From contig CAWHDR010000001.1 in the NCBI GenBank assembly GCA_963828165.1, positions 192,001 to 256,000 on the forward strand: a stretch of DNA of 64,000 nt. The letters are read 5' to 3'. Positions 28,850 through 39,260 of this stretch are shown here, in pieces (positions within the stretch are counted from its first letter, which is position 1; every line of letters starts with the position of its first letter). The notes beneath the pieces are model-generated. The model had not been told where the DNA came from, did no database searches, and saw only the letters and a list, made by a program, of their open reading frames with translations. The translations under genes and the position numbers were made by a program. This stretch comes from an uncultured Chloroflexia bacterium (GTDB lineage Bacteria > Chloroflexota > Limnocylindria > Limnocylindrales > CSP1-4).

Positions 28850-29332
28850 ATGACGACCAGCTCGCGTTTTCGCGCACTCGATCACATCGGGTACGCGGTT
28901 TCCGAGTTGGACCGGTCGATCGCGTTCTACGAGACGCTCCTTGGCGTTCCGCTCCTGATGCGCAAGACCTGGGAAGTCCCGTACGTCGGCGAGATCGTCG
29001 GCTACCCCGACCTCGTCCTCGAGGGCGCCTTCTTCCAGTTACCGAACGGTGTGATCCTGGAGTTGCTCGAGTACAAGACGCCGCCTCCGGGAGCGGTCGA
29101 CATGGAGAGCTACAACGCGGGGAATGCCCATCTCTGCCTCGTCACCGATGACATGGAGGTCGATTTCGCACGTCTGCGCGCCGCTGGTTACGACACGTTC
29201 CGGTCCGCGGCCCCGGTCGGCATCCCGTGGGGGCCGTACCGGGGCGGCCGCGCCTGCTACCTACGCGATCCGGACGGTGTCTCGATCGAGCTGCTCGAAG
29301 AGCCGTCGGGCGGGCCGGACTGGACGGCATGA
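28850..29332 (+). CDS. VOC (glyoxalase-like) family protein
   Basis: DHIGYAV, LELLEY, HLCL and YLRDPDG..IELLE give the H/E/H/E metal set. Confidence 0.88.
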   Translation: MTTSSRFRALDHIGYAVSELDRSIAFYETLLGVPLLMRKTWEVPYVGEIVGYPDLVLEGAFFQLPNGVILELLEYKTPPPGAVDMESYNAGNAHLCLVTDDMEVDFARLRAAGYDTFRSAAPVGIPWGPYRGGRACYLRDPDGVSIELLEEPSGGPDWTA

Positions 29333-29365
29333 GCCTTTGAACGGGTGCGATCGCGGGGGGCGTCG

Positions 29366-30493
29366 ATGAAGATCGCTCGTGTCGAGGCATTCCCGGTCCG
29401 CTACCCCGAGCCGAACAACGATGGGAAGGTCCGCTCGCTCACCCTGGTCCGGGTCGAGGCGGACGACGGGCAGACGGGTTGGGGTGAGGCGATCTCCGGA
29501 GCGCAGGAGGTCTCGCTCGCGGTCAAGCTGATCGCTGAGCGCCGCCTGGCCCCGCTGCTCCTCGGTCAGGACCCGCGTGATGTCGTGCGACTCTGGGGGC
29601 GCATGCGCGACGCCACGTATTGGGACGGCAACGGGGGGATCGTCACGTTTGCGATCTCGGCATTGGACATGGCCCTATGGGATCTCAAGGGGAGGATCGA
29701 GGATCGGCCGCTGGTCGAGATGCTCGGCGGACGGCAGCACGATCGCCTTCGCGCATGTGCCAGCACCATCTTTCATTCCGATGACCTGGATCTGATCGGC
29801 GACGAGTTCGCGACGTTCGCGGCGCAGGGCTACACCGCGGTCAAGGGCGGCTGGGGGCACAACCTGGACACCGCATTCGGCCGTGACATGGACCGGGACC
29901 TGCGGATCGCGCGCGCCGTTCGCACGGCCGTCGGCCCGGACGTCGACGTGATCTGCGACGTCGTGGCGCTGGCCGGCTGGACCGTCGAGCACGCCGCCCG
30001 CATGGCTCGGCAGCTCGACGAGGAGGTCGGGTTGTTCTGGCTCGAGGACCCGCTCCCGGAGCAGGACCTGGCCGGTTACCAACGGCTCCGTGAGGCGGTG
30101 AGCACGCGCATCTGTACCGGCGAGAAAGGGTGGACCGGCGACCACTTCGGCCGGCTCATCGACTCGGGAGCCCTGGACGTGATCATGATCGACCCGGGCA
30201 AGGCTGAGGGGATCACCGGGACCTGGAACGTCATCCAGGCGGCCGCTGCGGCGGGCCGTGACTGGAACGCGCATTCCTGGAGCAGTGCGCTCAACACGGC
30301 CGCATCGCTCCACCTGGCCGCGGCGTCCAGCAACGTGCTCGTGATGGAGCTCAAGCCGACGCCGTCACCGATGCAGCACGAGCTCGTTCATGACCCGATC
30401 GAACAGCAGGGCGGCTGGGTCAGCCCGCCCGACGGACCCGGCCTGGGGGTCGAGGTCGACGAGGCCGTTGTCCGCGAGTATCTGTTCAGCTGA
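29366..30493 (+). CDS. Mandelate racemase / acid-sugar dehydratase family (enolase superfamily)
   Basis: GWGEA, AISALDMALWDLKG, WLEDP, TGE, NAH, GPGLG. Confidence 0.9.
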   Translation: MKIARVEAFPVRYPEPNNDGKVRSLTLVRVEADDGQTGWGEAISGAQEVSLAVKLIAERRLAPLLLGQDPRDVVRLWGRMRDATYWDGNGGIVTFAISALDMALWDLKGRIEDRPLVEMLGGRQHDRLRACASTIFHSDDLDLIGDEFATFAAQGYTAVKGGWGHNLDTAFGRDMDRDLRIARAVRTAVGPDVDVICDVVALAGWTVEHAARMARQLDEEVGLFWLEDPLPEQDLAGYQRLREAVSTRICTGEKGWTGDHFGRLIDSGALDVIMIDPGKAEGITGTWNVIQAAAAAGRDWNAHSWSSALNTAASLHLAAASSNVLVMELKPTPSPMQHELVHDPIEQQGGWVSPPDGPGLGVEVDEAVVREYLFS

Positions 30494-30586
30494 GGCGTTC
30501 CCGGCCGTGCGTCGGAGAGAAGCCCGGGCGCCACTCGGAGGAGGAGAGCGGCGCCCGGGTTTGTGAAAACGGTGACGGTGGCGGCG

Positions 30587-31703
30587 TCAGCCGGCGCCGG
30601 GCAGACCGGCATTGATCACGGGGAGCTCGCGGGCGCCGCTGGCCTTCGACACCGAACGACGTGGGCTTGGTCCGCCCGACGCGCGTGTAGTACTCCTCCG
30701 GCACCTGGGTCGGGTCCTTGAACATCTGCCACTGGCATTTCTGCGCCTCGCCGACCGCGATGTGCTCGGCGTCATACACAGGCGGGTCGACGACCCGGAC
30801 GGGGTAGCCGAAGCGATCCATGGGCATCTCTTCCATGAGGATGATGCAGTGGGTGCAATAGAGGCAGACGCCTGGCGTGTTGTGGTTCCAGGTGTGTGGC
30901 TCCTCGGTCACCTTCCAGTCGTACGGCGGCTGCATCCGCGGCGGCGTGCCCTCGATCGAGTCGCCGCGCAGGGTGCGGCCACCCGAGCCGCATGGGTCGA
31001 AGCGGAGGACGAAGCGATCCTCCAGTTCCACCAGCTCCATATCGCCGGTTCGCTCCGGTCCGACCAGGTGGCCGCGCATCGCCTCGCAGGCGACGAGCAT
31101 GAGGATCTCGAGCGACTCGTCCCACGGGTACTTGTCGACGTCGAACTTCTCGTAGCGCCAGACGAACAGCGGCAGGAGGACGCGGTCGTACATGTCTCGG
31201 ATGGCCAATTCGCCGAGCTGCTCCTTGATGAGGGACATCAGCGCGTACGTGTGGTCGACGTCACGGTCGTGGCACTGCCGCCACGTCTCCTTCATGACAT
31301 CGAGCCGTCGTTTGGCTTCTTCCGGCTGCTCGCGGTACGTCGCCGCGGTGAAGTCCTGGACCTCGGAGAGGAAGCGGTCCCACTGCTTGCGGGGGTGCCA
31401 CGGGCTGCCGTCGGGAAGGGACGCGACGGCGATCGCCTGATCGTTGCGGGCCTTGATCACGGCCTCGTCGACGCCCTTGTCGCGGAGATAGCCGTTGAGG
31501 TCACCGATCCACTGGCGGTAGAGCGTGAAGCAGACGTTCGCCTCGTCCACGAAGTAGCTGCCCAGCTGCGCTGCCTCGTCCCAGCGGGCACCGTCGAGCG
31601 CCTCGATGATCTTGCGGTAGGTGGAGACCTTCTGGTCCTCCCACGGTCCCATCCGCACGCGGCGACCAAGCAGCTCCGTGAAGGCGATGGTCGTCTCGGT
31701 CAC
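30587..31703 (-). CDS. Uncharacterised His/Cys-motif protein, paralogue 3 of 3 (probable frameshift near 30650 in the tail)
   Basis: EAMRGHLVGP, RFDPCGSGGR, GVCLYCTHC, KCQW, GRTKP. The alternative-frame tail SKASGARELPVINAGLPGAG* resembles the LPVI tail of paralogue 1. As computed, the ORF ends at 30486. Confidence 0.83.
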
Positions 31704-31736
31704 GTCGTGGTCTCCCGCGCTTCGACTACGATGGAG

Positions 31737-31759
31737 GACGATACCGGTACCGTTTGCAG
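31737..31759. promoter_or_regulatory. Tandem LacI-type operator in a divergent intergenic region
   Basis: GACGATACCGGTACCGTTTGCAG, with central CGs 12 bp apart. Confidence 0.55.
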
Positions 31760-31815
31760 CCCGGCATCGACAACGATACCACGCCGCAACCGCCCCGCGG
31801 CCAGCCGGAGGTCGG

Positions 31816-32640
31816 ATGACCGCCCTCGTATTCGGGTTCCTCGCGGCGCTGGCGAACGCCGGTCAGGCGTTGCTCAGCAAGGATCTGACCGACCGGGCAC
31901 CCGCACGGCAGCTCATCGGCGTGTTGTACGCGGGCAATGCCCTCGTGCTGCTGCCATTTGCGCCGTTCGTGGTGTGGACGTGGTCCGCCGAGATCGTCGG
32001 CCTGCACCTGCTGTCCGTGGCCCTCATGGTGGTCACCGCGATCTGTGTCTGGGACCTCCTGGACCATGGGACGGCGTCGGCGATGACGACCGCCACGGCG
32101 ATGAGCCCGATCCCGGCCGCCCTGGCGGCGGCGCTCGTCCTTCCGGCCGAGATCCAGCCCCTTCACGTGGTCGCGGCGACGATCGTGGTCGGTGGCGTGC
32201 TGCTCGCGCTGGCCGACGCCTTCGGCGGCCTCGATCGTTGGGGGAGCGCCTGGCGGATCGTGGGTGCCGCCGCCGGCACGGGCATCCTCACCGTGGTCTC
32301 GCGGCTGCTCGGCGACCTCGATGTCGGGCTCGTCGAGACCTATGTCGTTCGGACGACGCTCGCCGCGGTCGTGTGCATCGCGCTGTTCCCGCCCCGCGAC
32401 GTGGCGCGCGGCGACGTCCCGCGGCTGCTGGTGCGCTCCGTCGTCGTGACGAGCTATTTCGTGTTCGTGATCCTCGGCGCGCAGTCGGGCAGCCCGGTCG
32501 TCGTCCAGACGCTCGTGGCGACGACGCCGCTCTTCGTGCTGGCCGTCGAGTCCGTCAGGCGCCGCGCGGCACCGCCCATTCGGGCCGTCGTCGCAGCATC
32601 GATCGTCGTCGTGGGCGTGATGCTGATCCTGGTGGCGTGA
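31816..32640 (+). CDS. EamA/DMT family membrane transporter
   Basis: About 10 hydrophobic segments in two repeated halves. RBS GGAGG. Confidence 0.75.
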   Translation: MTALVFGFLAALANAGQALLSKDLTDRAPARQLIGVLYAGNALVLLPFAPFVVWTWSAEIVGLHLLSVALMVVTAICVWDLLDHGTASAMTTATAMSPIPAALAAALVLPAEIQPLHVVAATIVVGGVLLALADAFGGLDRWGSAWRIVGAAAGTGILTVVSRLLGDLDVGLVETYVVRTTLAAVVCIALFPPRDVARGDVPRLLVRSVVVTSYFVFVILGAQSGSPVVVQTLVATTPLFVLAVESVRRRAAPPIRAVVAASIVVVGVMLILVA

Positions 32641-32688
32641 CCGATCCCGGTCGCGGGCCGGCTCGTCGCGGGATGCACCGCCGTTACC

Positions 32689-34239
32689 ATGCGACCGATG
32701 GTCACCGCCGACCGCCTCTCGACCGACGAAGGCACGTCCGGCCCGCCGCCGATCCTCGAGATCCTCGGCGTGAGCAAGCAATTCGGCTCGACACAGGCGC
32801 TCGACGACGTTTCGCTGACCCTGCACCAGGGCGAGATCCACGCCCTCCTCGGTGAGAACGGGGCCGGCAAATCGACGTTGATCAAGATCATGACCGGCGT
32901 CGAGCAACCCGACGCCGGCACGATGGCGGTCGACGGCGCGCAAGTGTCTCTCGGGAGCGCCCTCCACGCCCAGGATCTCGGGATCGCGGCGATCTACCAG
33001 GAGCCGAACATCTTCCCCGACCTGTCGGTCGCGGAGAACATCTTCATCAGCCATCGCGACCGCGGCCGCGTGCTCGACCGTCGCGGGATGCGCCGAGACG
33101 CCGACGCGATCCTCGGCCGGCTCGGCGTCCGTTTGGACACGGACGAGCCGGCCCGGGGCCTGACCCTCGCAGAGCAGCAGACGGTCGAGATCGCGAAGGC
33201 GCTGTCACTGCAGGTCCGCGTCCTGATCATGGACGAACCGACGGCTTCGCTGTCCGCCCACGAGGTCCGTCGGCTGTTCGGGATCGTCGAGTCGCTCCGG
33301 CGCGAGGGCGTCGCCGTCCTGTTCATCTCGCACCGGATGGAGGAAGTCTTCGAGATCTCCGACCGGGTGACCGTCCTGCGCGACGGCCGCTGGGTATCGA
33401 CCCGGCCACGTTCCGAGCAGACCCCGGCGATCGCGATCCGCGAGATGGTCGGCCGGACCCTGAGCGATTTCTTCCAGCGGACGCCAGCGGAGCCCGGGGA
33501 GGTCGTTCTCGAGGTCCGTGGGCTTGGGCGCGAGGGCATCTTCGGCGATGTGTCGTTCGACCTGCGCTCGGGCGAGGTCCTCGGCTTCGCCGGACTCGTC
33601 GGAGCCCGGCGAACGGATGTCGGCCTCGCCCTGTTCGGCCTCGCCCCAGCGGACACGGGGACGATCCTCCTCGACGGCAAGGAGGTCAGGATCCGCCATC
33701 CACAGGATGCGCTGCGCCTGCGCGTCGCCTACTCGACCGAGGATCGACGCGCGCTGGGTCTCGTGTTCCCCCTGTCGATCGCGGCGAACATCTCGCTCCC
33801 GACCCTCGCGCGGTACCAGGATCGACTCGGGCTGATCCGCCGATCGGCCGAGGACGCGGCCGCTGAACGCTACCGCGAACGCCTGAGGATCCGCGCCTCG
33901 TCGGTGGGGGTGCCGGTTGCCACGCTGTCGGGCGGCAACCAGCAGAAGGTCGTCCTGAGCAAGTGGCTGGACACGAATCCGCGCGTCCTGATCCTCGACG
34001 AGCCCACGCGCGGGATCGACGTCGGGTCCAAGGCCGAGGTGCACCAGATCATCGACGAGCTCGCCCAGGAGGGGATCGCGATCATCCTGATCAGCTCGGA
34101 CCTGCCGGAGGTGCTCGCGACCAGCGACCGGATCCTGGTGATGCGCGAGGGCCGGCAGATGGCGATCCTCGGCCGCGCGGAGGCGACGGCTGAGCGGGTT
34201 CTCGCGGCGGCGATGGGCCAGGCGGCGGCGAGCGACTGA
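32689..34239 (+). CDS. Sugar ABC transporter ATP-binding protein (RhaT/RbsA-like)
   Basis: [34 protein letters not shown]. Confidence 0.93.
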   Translation: MRPMVTADRLSTDEGTSGPPPILEILGVSKQFGSTQALDDVSLTLHQGEIHALLGENGAGKSTLIKIMTGVEQPDAGTMAVDGAQVSLGSALHAQDLGIAAIYQEPNIFPDLSVAENIFISHRDRGRVLDRRGMRRDADAILGRLGVRLDTDEPARGLTLAEQQTVEIAKALSLQVRVLIMDEPTASLSAHEVRRLFGIVESLRREGVAVLFISHRMEEVFEISDRVTVLRDGRWVSTRPRSEQTPAIAIREMVGRTLSDFFQRTPAEPGEVVLEVRGLGREGIFGDVSFDLRSGEVLGFAGLVGARRTDVGLALFGLAPADTGTILLDGKEVRIRHPQDALRLRVAYSTEDRRALGLVFPLSIAANISLPTLARYQDRLGLIRRSAEDAAAERYRERLRIRASSVGVPVATLSGGNQQKVVLSKWLDTNPRVLILDEPTRGIDVGSKAEVHQIIDELAQEGIAIILISSDLPEVLATSDRILVMREGRQMAILGRAEATAERVLAAAMGQAAASD

Positions 34240-35294
34240 TGCGCTTGCTGCTGCGCTACGTCCGGCCCGAGCAGCTCCGTGAGCTCACGCTCGTCCTGAT
34301 CATCATCGCCGTGGCGGCCTTCTTCGCCACGCAGATCCCCGACTTCCTGTCGGCCCGGACGTTCACGCGGATCAGCACCAGCGTGGCCGTGATCGCGGTC
34401 GTCGCGGTCGGCCAGACGTTGGTCGTCCTGACCCGCAACATCGACCTGTCCGTCGGGTCGATCGTGGGCCTGGTGGCGTACTTCGCCGGCACCATGCTGT
34501 CGAACGACCCGACCATCCCCGCCCCGGTCGTCATCGCCATCTCGATCGCGATCGGCGCGGTCCTCGGCGCCGTCAACGGCCTCCTCGTCGCCTACGGCGG
34601 GGTGCCCGCGATCGTGACCACCCTCGGGACCCTCGCCTTGTACCGGGTCGCCCTCGTCGAGCTGTCCGGAGCCAGGACCGTCACCACGGACGCGTTGCCG
34701 GCATGGATGCTGGACCTCCCGCGCGTGACGCTCGTCTCGCTCGGAGCGGTCGACGTGCGCCCGCTCGTCGTCCTCGCCGTGGTCATCGCGGTGGTCTTCC
34801 AGCTGGGCCTGCGCTATCTGCCGTTCGGCCGGCGCCTGTTCGCGATCGGCTCGAATCCAGATGCCGCGAGGGTCGCCGGCTTCCCCGTCCAACGCGACAT
34901 CTTCGCGGCGTTCGTGCTCTCCGGCGCCCTCGCCGGCCTAGCCGGGTTCATGTTCCTGGCGCGGTTCGGGAACATCACCGTCACGGCCGGCCAGGGCCTC
35001 GAACTGCAGGTCGTTGCGGCCGTGGTGGTCGGCGGGGTGAACATCTTCGGCGGCGTCGGCTCGATCATCGGCGCGCTGCTCGGCGCGACACTGATCGACC
35101 TCCTGCAGCAGAGCCTGATCCGCTGGCTCGAGGTGAGCGAGTTCCTGCGCGACGCCATCCTGGGATTGCTCATCCTGTTGGCGGTCGCGTCGGACAAGGT
35201 GATCATCGGCCGGCTGCGCACGGTCTGGATCCGTGAGCGACGGCGATCGCAGGACGTCATGGAGCCCTCGGGCGAGGTCGTACCCGATGCGTGA
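34239..35294 (+). CDS. Sugar ABC transporter permease (RhaP-like)
   Basis: [31 protein letters not shown]. Confidence 0.9.
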   Translation: MRLLLRYVRPEQLRELTLVLIIIAVAAFFATQIPDFLSARTFTRISTSVAVIAVVAVGQTLVVLTRNIDLSVGSIVGLVAYFAGTMLSNDPTIPAPVVIAISIAIGAVLGAVNGLLVAYGGVPAIVTTLGTLALYRVALVELSGARTVTTDALPAWMLDLPRVTLVSLGAVDVRPLVVLAVVIAVVFQLGLRYLPFGRRLFAIGSNPDAARVAGFPVQRDIFAAFVLSGALAGLAGFMFLARFGNITVTAGQGLELQVVAAVVVGGVNIFGGVGSIIGALLGATLIDLLQQSLIRWLEVSEFLRDAILGLLILLAVASDKVIIGRLRTVWIRERRRSQDVMEPSGEVVPDA

Positions 35295-36292
35295 ACTGGG
35301 GTCGACGCTCCGCTCCTGGGAGGGCCTCCTGCTGGGCATCCTTGTCGTGGTCGTCGCTCTCAACGCCCTCGCGGCGCCTGGCTACCTGACGATCCAGAAC
35401 CAGATCAATCTGTTCCAGCTGAGCGTCGAGAAGGCGATCGTGGTCCTCATCATGACGTTCGTCATCGTGAGCGGCGAGATCGACCTGTCGGTCGCGTCGG
35501 TCATGGGTCTGGCCGCGGTGGTGGTGGCCTGGTTGACCAGCCAGGGGGTGTCCACGGAAGCGGCGGTCCTCATCGCCCTGGGGGTCGGCGGTCTGTGCGG
35601 GCTGCTCAACGGTTTCTGGATCGCGATCGTCGGCCTGCCCTCACTGGCCGTGACCCTGGCCGGGCTGATCGGCTATCGAGGGCTGGCGCGGGTGCTGATC
35701 GAGGACCGCTCGATCGGCGGCTTCCCCGACTGGTTCGAGGACCTCGGGCAGCAGCCGTTCATCGGACCGCTCCCACTCGCGCTCATCATCTTCGCCGTGA
35801 TGGCGGTCGGCGCCGCCATCATCCTGGGGAGGTCCGGTTTCGGTCGCTACGTCTACGTGCTCGGCAGCAATATCCAGGTCGCGCGGTTCTCCGGCGTCCG
35901 CATCGCGCGCGTGCGGCTGCTCATCTTCACGATGAGCGGGCTGATCGCCGCATTGGCCGGCGTGCTCCTGGCGGCCCGTCTCGGTGCGGTCCGTGGTAGC
36001 ACGGCGGAGGGCTTCGAGCTGGACATCATCACCATGGTCCTCCTCGGTGGGGTGAGCATCTTTGGAGGGCGCGGAACGATGATCGGGGTGATCCTGGCCA
36101 TCCTGGTGATCCTCAACCTGCGCAACGGCCTGGGCCTGGCGAACGTGACGGGCAACACCCAGACCGGCGTCATCGGCGTCCTCCTGATCCTGTCGGTGCT
36201 CGTCGCCGAACCTCGTGGGAGCCGCACGCTCGCGGTTTGCCAGGGACGAGCAGTTGACGGCCACCTCCCCAGGGATGACCCAGGTCGACTAG
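35287..36292 (+). CDS. Sugar ABC transporter permease (RhaQ-like; probable extra base near 36205 in the tail)
   Basis: [28 protein letters not shown]. The corrected tail LSVLVPNLVG... ends at 36292 (36300 as computed). Confidence 0.88.
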
Positions 36293-36349
36293 CGGCGTAG
36301 GATGTCGTGGCTTCGTGGCCACAGAGGCCGGCTTTTGGAGGAGACGCTG

Positions 36350-37486
36350 ATGAAGCTTCGCGTTGCGGTCGCGCTGTTCGCCACGGTCGCGATCCTGACC
36401 GGTTGTACCTCACCCGGGGCGTCATCGACGGCCGCGCCGCCCGCCACGAGCGCACCGCCGGTCGCGAGCGAGCCGGTTACGAGTCCATCCGCCAGCGCGG
36501 CCGCGGGCGGCGACGTCATCAAGGCCACGCCCGGGGAGAGCGTCAAGATGATGCTGCTTCCGAAGTTCCTGGGCATCCTGCCGTTCGATCAAGCCAACAA
36601 GGGCGCCCAGGAGGCAGAGGGCGAGCTGCAGAACCCCGAGGCCGTCGCCTTCGTCGGACCCACCGCCGAGAACAGCGTCCAGGGCCAGATCGAATTCGTG
36701 ACCAACGCGCCGACCCAGGGCCACAAGGTCGTGATGCTCTCGAACAACGCTGGTGACCAGATCGCTCCTGCGGCGGAAGCCGCGCAGGCGGCCGGCACGA
36801 AGATCGTCACGTGGGACTCGCCGATCCCCTCGGCGGCCGGCGAGAGCCTCTTCGTCGCGCAGGTCGACTTCGACTCGATCGGCGTCGTCATGGCCGACAT
36901 GGCGCTGTCGCTGACGGGTGCGGACGGTGGCGAGTTCGCGGTGCTTTCAGCCTCGCCCGACGCCGCCAACCAGAACGCGTGGATCGCGGCCCTCGAGGAG
37001 GCCCTCAAGGACCCCAAGTACGCCGCGGTCAAGCTGGTCGACACCGTCTATGGCGACGACCAGTCGGAGAAGAGCTACAGCCAGGCACTCGCGCTGGTCG
37101 ACAAGCACCCGAACCTCGAGGTCATCATGGCCCCGACGACCGTCGGCATCGCGTCGGCCGCCAAGGCGATGCAGGACGAGGACCTGTGCGACAAGGTCAA
37201 GGTCTCGGGGCTTGGTCTTCCGAGCGAGATGGTGGCCTACACCATGAACGACTGCGCCCCGCAGTTCGCGTTGTGGAGCTTCGTCGACCTCGGCTATCTG
37301 ACCTACTACGTCTCGTACCTGCTGGCCACCGGTGCCATCCAGGGCACCGAGGGTGAGCAGTTCGAGGCCGGCCGGATGGGCGAGTACACCATCGAGAAGG
37401 ACCCGACGCGCGACGCCGGCCTGCGCGTGCTGATGGGTCCATTCACCGTCTACGACAAGACCAACGTGGAGGCCGCCGCCCAGTAG
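36350..37486 (+). CDS. rhaS: Rhamnose-type ABC transporter substrate-binding lipoprotein
   Basis: LTGC lipobox. [31 protein letters not shown] and LW..DLGYL are RhaS-family hallmarks. Confidence 0.75.
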   Translation: MKLRVAVALFATVAILTGCTSPGASSTAAPPATSAPPVASEPVTSPSASAAAGGDVIKATPGESVKMMLLPKFLGILPFDQANKGAQEAEGELQNPEAVAFVGPTAENSVQGQIEFVTNAPTQGHKVVMLSNNAGDQIAPAAEAAQAAGTKIVTWDSPIPSAAGESLFVAQVDFDSIGVVMADMALSLTGADGGEFAVLSASPDAANQNAWIAALEEALKDPKYAAVKLVDTVYGDDQSEKSYSQALALVDKHPNLEVIMAPTTVGIASAAKAMQDEDLCDKVKVSGLGLPSEMVAYTMNDCAPQFALWSFVDLGYLTYYVSYLLATGAIQGTEGEQFEAGRMGEYTIEKDPTRDAGLRVLMGPFTVYDKTNVEAAAQ

Positions 37487-37540
37487 GGCTCCGCGCCACC
37501 ACTCCGGATCGGGCCCGCCAGCGGCGGGCTCGATCGATTC

Positions 37541-38494
37541 CTATCCGGCCTCGAGCACGGGGCGGACCTCGGTCGCCAGGCGTTCGATGGTCTCGAGGTC
37601 GAGCGGGGCAGCGATCGACGGGCTGAAGGCGTCGACACCGATGCGCCGGTAGGCCAGCAACGCCCGGGCGACCTCGTCCGAGGTCCCGGTCCAGGCCATG
37701 TCCGTGCGGACCTGCTCCGGCCAGCCATGCAACCGCATCTGCACGTCAAAAGCCCGCCGCGCCTCGGCGGCATCCCTGCGGATCACGAGCTTGCCGCCGA
37801 TCATGTGTTCGATCGTCGCGGGCTCCCGGCCGATCGCCCGGCAGTGCTCGTGGAGGACGCTGCGCTTGTGCCGGAAGAGCTCGGCGTCGTGCATGGTGAG
37901 CCACATCTGCCAGATGTCGGCATGGCGGGCGACGATCCGCAGGCCCTTCTTTTCGCCGGCCGATCCGACGACGAACGGGACGCGCGCCGAGATGGGCAGG
38001 GGCGCGTGGCATGCCCCGCTGAACCGGTAGCGAGCCGATTCGTGATCGACTGTCCCTCCGTCGAGCAGCGCCCGGATGATGGTCAGCGCCTCGTCAAGCC
38101 AGTCGAGCCGCTCCCCGACGCTTCGCCCCGGGTCCATCCCGTGGGCCGTGACCTCCAGCTCGCGATTGCCCGCCCCGAGGCCGAGCACCAGGCGGCCGCC
38201 GCTGATGTGATCGACCGTGGCCGCCATCTTCGCGACGACGCCCGGATTGCGGAACGGGTTGGCCCCGACGAGGAGTCCGAGGCGCACCTGGCGTGTCGCG
38301 GCGGCCCAGGCGGACAGGGTCGTCCATCCCTCGAAGAATGGCTGGAATGGGTCGCCACCGGTCGAGTACAGGTGGTCGTGGCCCCACAGGTAGTCGTACC
38401 CGAGGTCGTCGACGGCCTGGGCGGCGCGGAGGGATTCGGGCCAGGTCAGCCCGTAGGTCAGCGGCTGGATGCCCAGCCTGAATCCGCTCGCCAT
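37541..38494 (-). CDS. LLM class flavin- (possibly F420-) dependent oxidoreductase
   Basis: WGHDH, EGWTTLSA.AAAT..VRLG, RNP..AKMAATVDHISGGRL.LGLGAG. Confidence 0.88.
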   Translation of the reverse strand: MASGFRLGIQPLTYGLTWPESLRAAQAVDDLGYDYLWGHDHLYSTGGDPFQPFFEGWTTLSAWAAATRQVRLGLLVGANPFRNPGVVAKMAATVDHISGGRLVLGLGAGNRELEVTAHGMDPGRSVGERLDWLDEALTIIRALLDGGTVDHESARYRFSGACHAPLPISARVPFVVGSAGEKKGLRIVARHADIWQMWLTMHDAELFRHKRSVLHEHCRAIGREPATIEHMIGGKLVIRRDAAEARRAFDVQMRLHGWPEQVRTDMAWTGTSDEVARALLAYRRIGVDAFSPSIAAPLDLETIERLATEVRPVLEAG

Positions 38495-38525
38495 GCCGCC
38501 ATCCTACCGGAGCGCCCGCCGGAGG

Positions 38526-38541
38526 CTGGTACCGATTGCAG
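38526..38541. promoter_or_regulatory. LacI-type operator in a divergent intergenic region
   Basis: CTGGTACCGATTGCAG. Its reverse complement nearly equals 58903-58918 (CTGCAATCGTTACCGA). Confidence 0.6.
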
Positions 38542-38610
38542 CCCGCCCTGCTACGATGCGATCCCGCTGCCATTCGACCCGATTCCGTCGGCCCAGGAGG
38601 TTGCCCGCAC

Positions 38611-39258
38611 ATGGATCGCGCGCTGTTCTACCTTCGCATCTTCCCGGGGACCGAAGCCGAGTACGACCGGCGGCACGCCGAGATCTGGCCGGAGCTCGTC
38701 GACGAGATCCGTGAGTCGGGGCTGCGCAACTTCTCCGGCTTCCGCCGCGGGACGGACGTCTGGTACTACACCGAGGCCGACGGCGATGTCGCCGACGCGT
38801 TCGCGGTGCACGGACCCAAGCCGGCCAACCAGCGCTGGAACCGCTACTTCCGCGATGTCATCGCCCAGATCACCGACGACAGCGGCAGCCTGCTCTGGTA
38901 CGACAAGGTCTTCGAATCCGATGGCCCGCGGCTGGATGGGACGTTCGAGCGAGGCCTGTTCGGTCTCGTGATCGATCCCGAGCGGGCGGACGACTACGAA
39001 GCGCTCCACGCGAACCCGTGGCCCGACCTCATGGAGGCGATCGAAGCGTCCGGCTTCCGCAAGTACCAGGGCTTCCGGCGCGGCGCCCACGTCGTCTACT
39101 ACGGCGAGTTCTATCCCGACATGAAGTCGGTCTTCGGGCGGATGGCCGAGCACGAGGTCAACGCGCGGTGGGGGACGGCGTTCGAGGGGATCATCACCAC
39201 GATCACCGACGCCGAGGGCAACCTCCTGACCGCGGACGAGATCTACCACCAGGACTGA
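38611..39258 (+). CDS. Tandem double-domain L-rhamnose mutarotase-like protein
   Basis: Two repeats: EYDRRHAEIWPEL..IRESGLRNFSGFRRG and DYEALHANPWPDL..IEASGFRKYQGFRRG. RBS AGGAGG. Confidence 0.82.
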   Translation: MDRALFYLRIFPGTEAEYDRRHAEIWPELVDEIRESGLRNFSGFRRGTDVWYYTEADGDVADAFAVHGPKPANQRWNRYFRDVIAQITDDSGSLLWYDKVFESDGPRLDGTFERGLFGLVIDPERADDYEALHANPWPDLMEAIEASGFRKYQGFRRGAHVVYYGEFYPDMKSVFGRMAEHEVNARWGTAFEGIITTITDAEGNLLTADEIYHQD

Positions 39259-39260
39259 CG

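Noticed and set aside
30612-32855. Very long alternative-frame ORFs (e.g. 747 aa here, also 19870..21687, 47750..49708, 54252..56300, 56895..58790)
   Set aside because: Arg/Pro/Gly-rich shadow ORFs expected in ~70% GC DNA, overlapping well-supported genes and lacking motifs.
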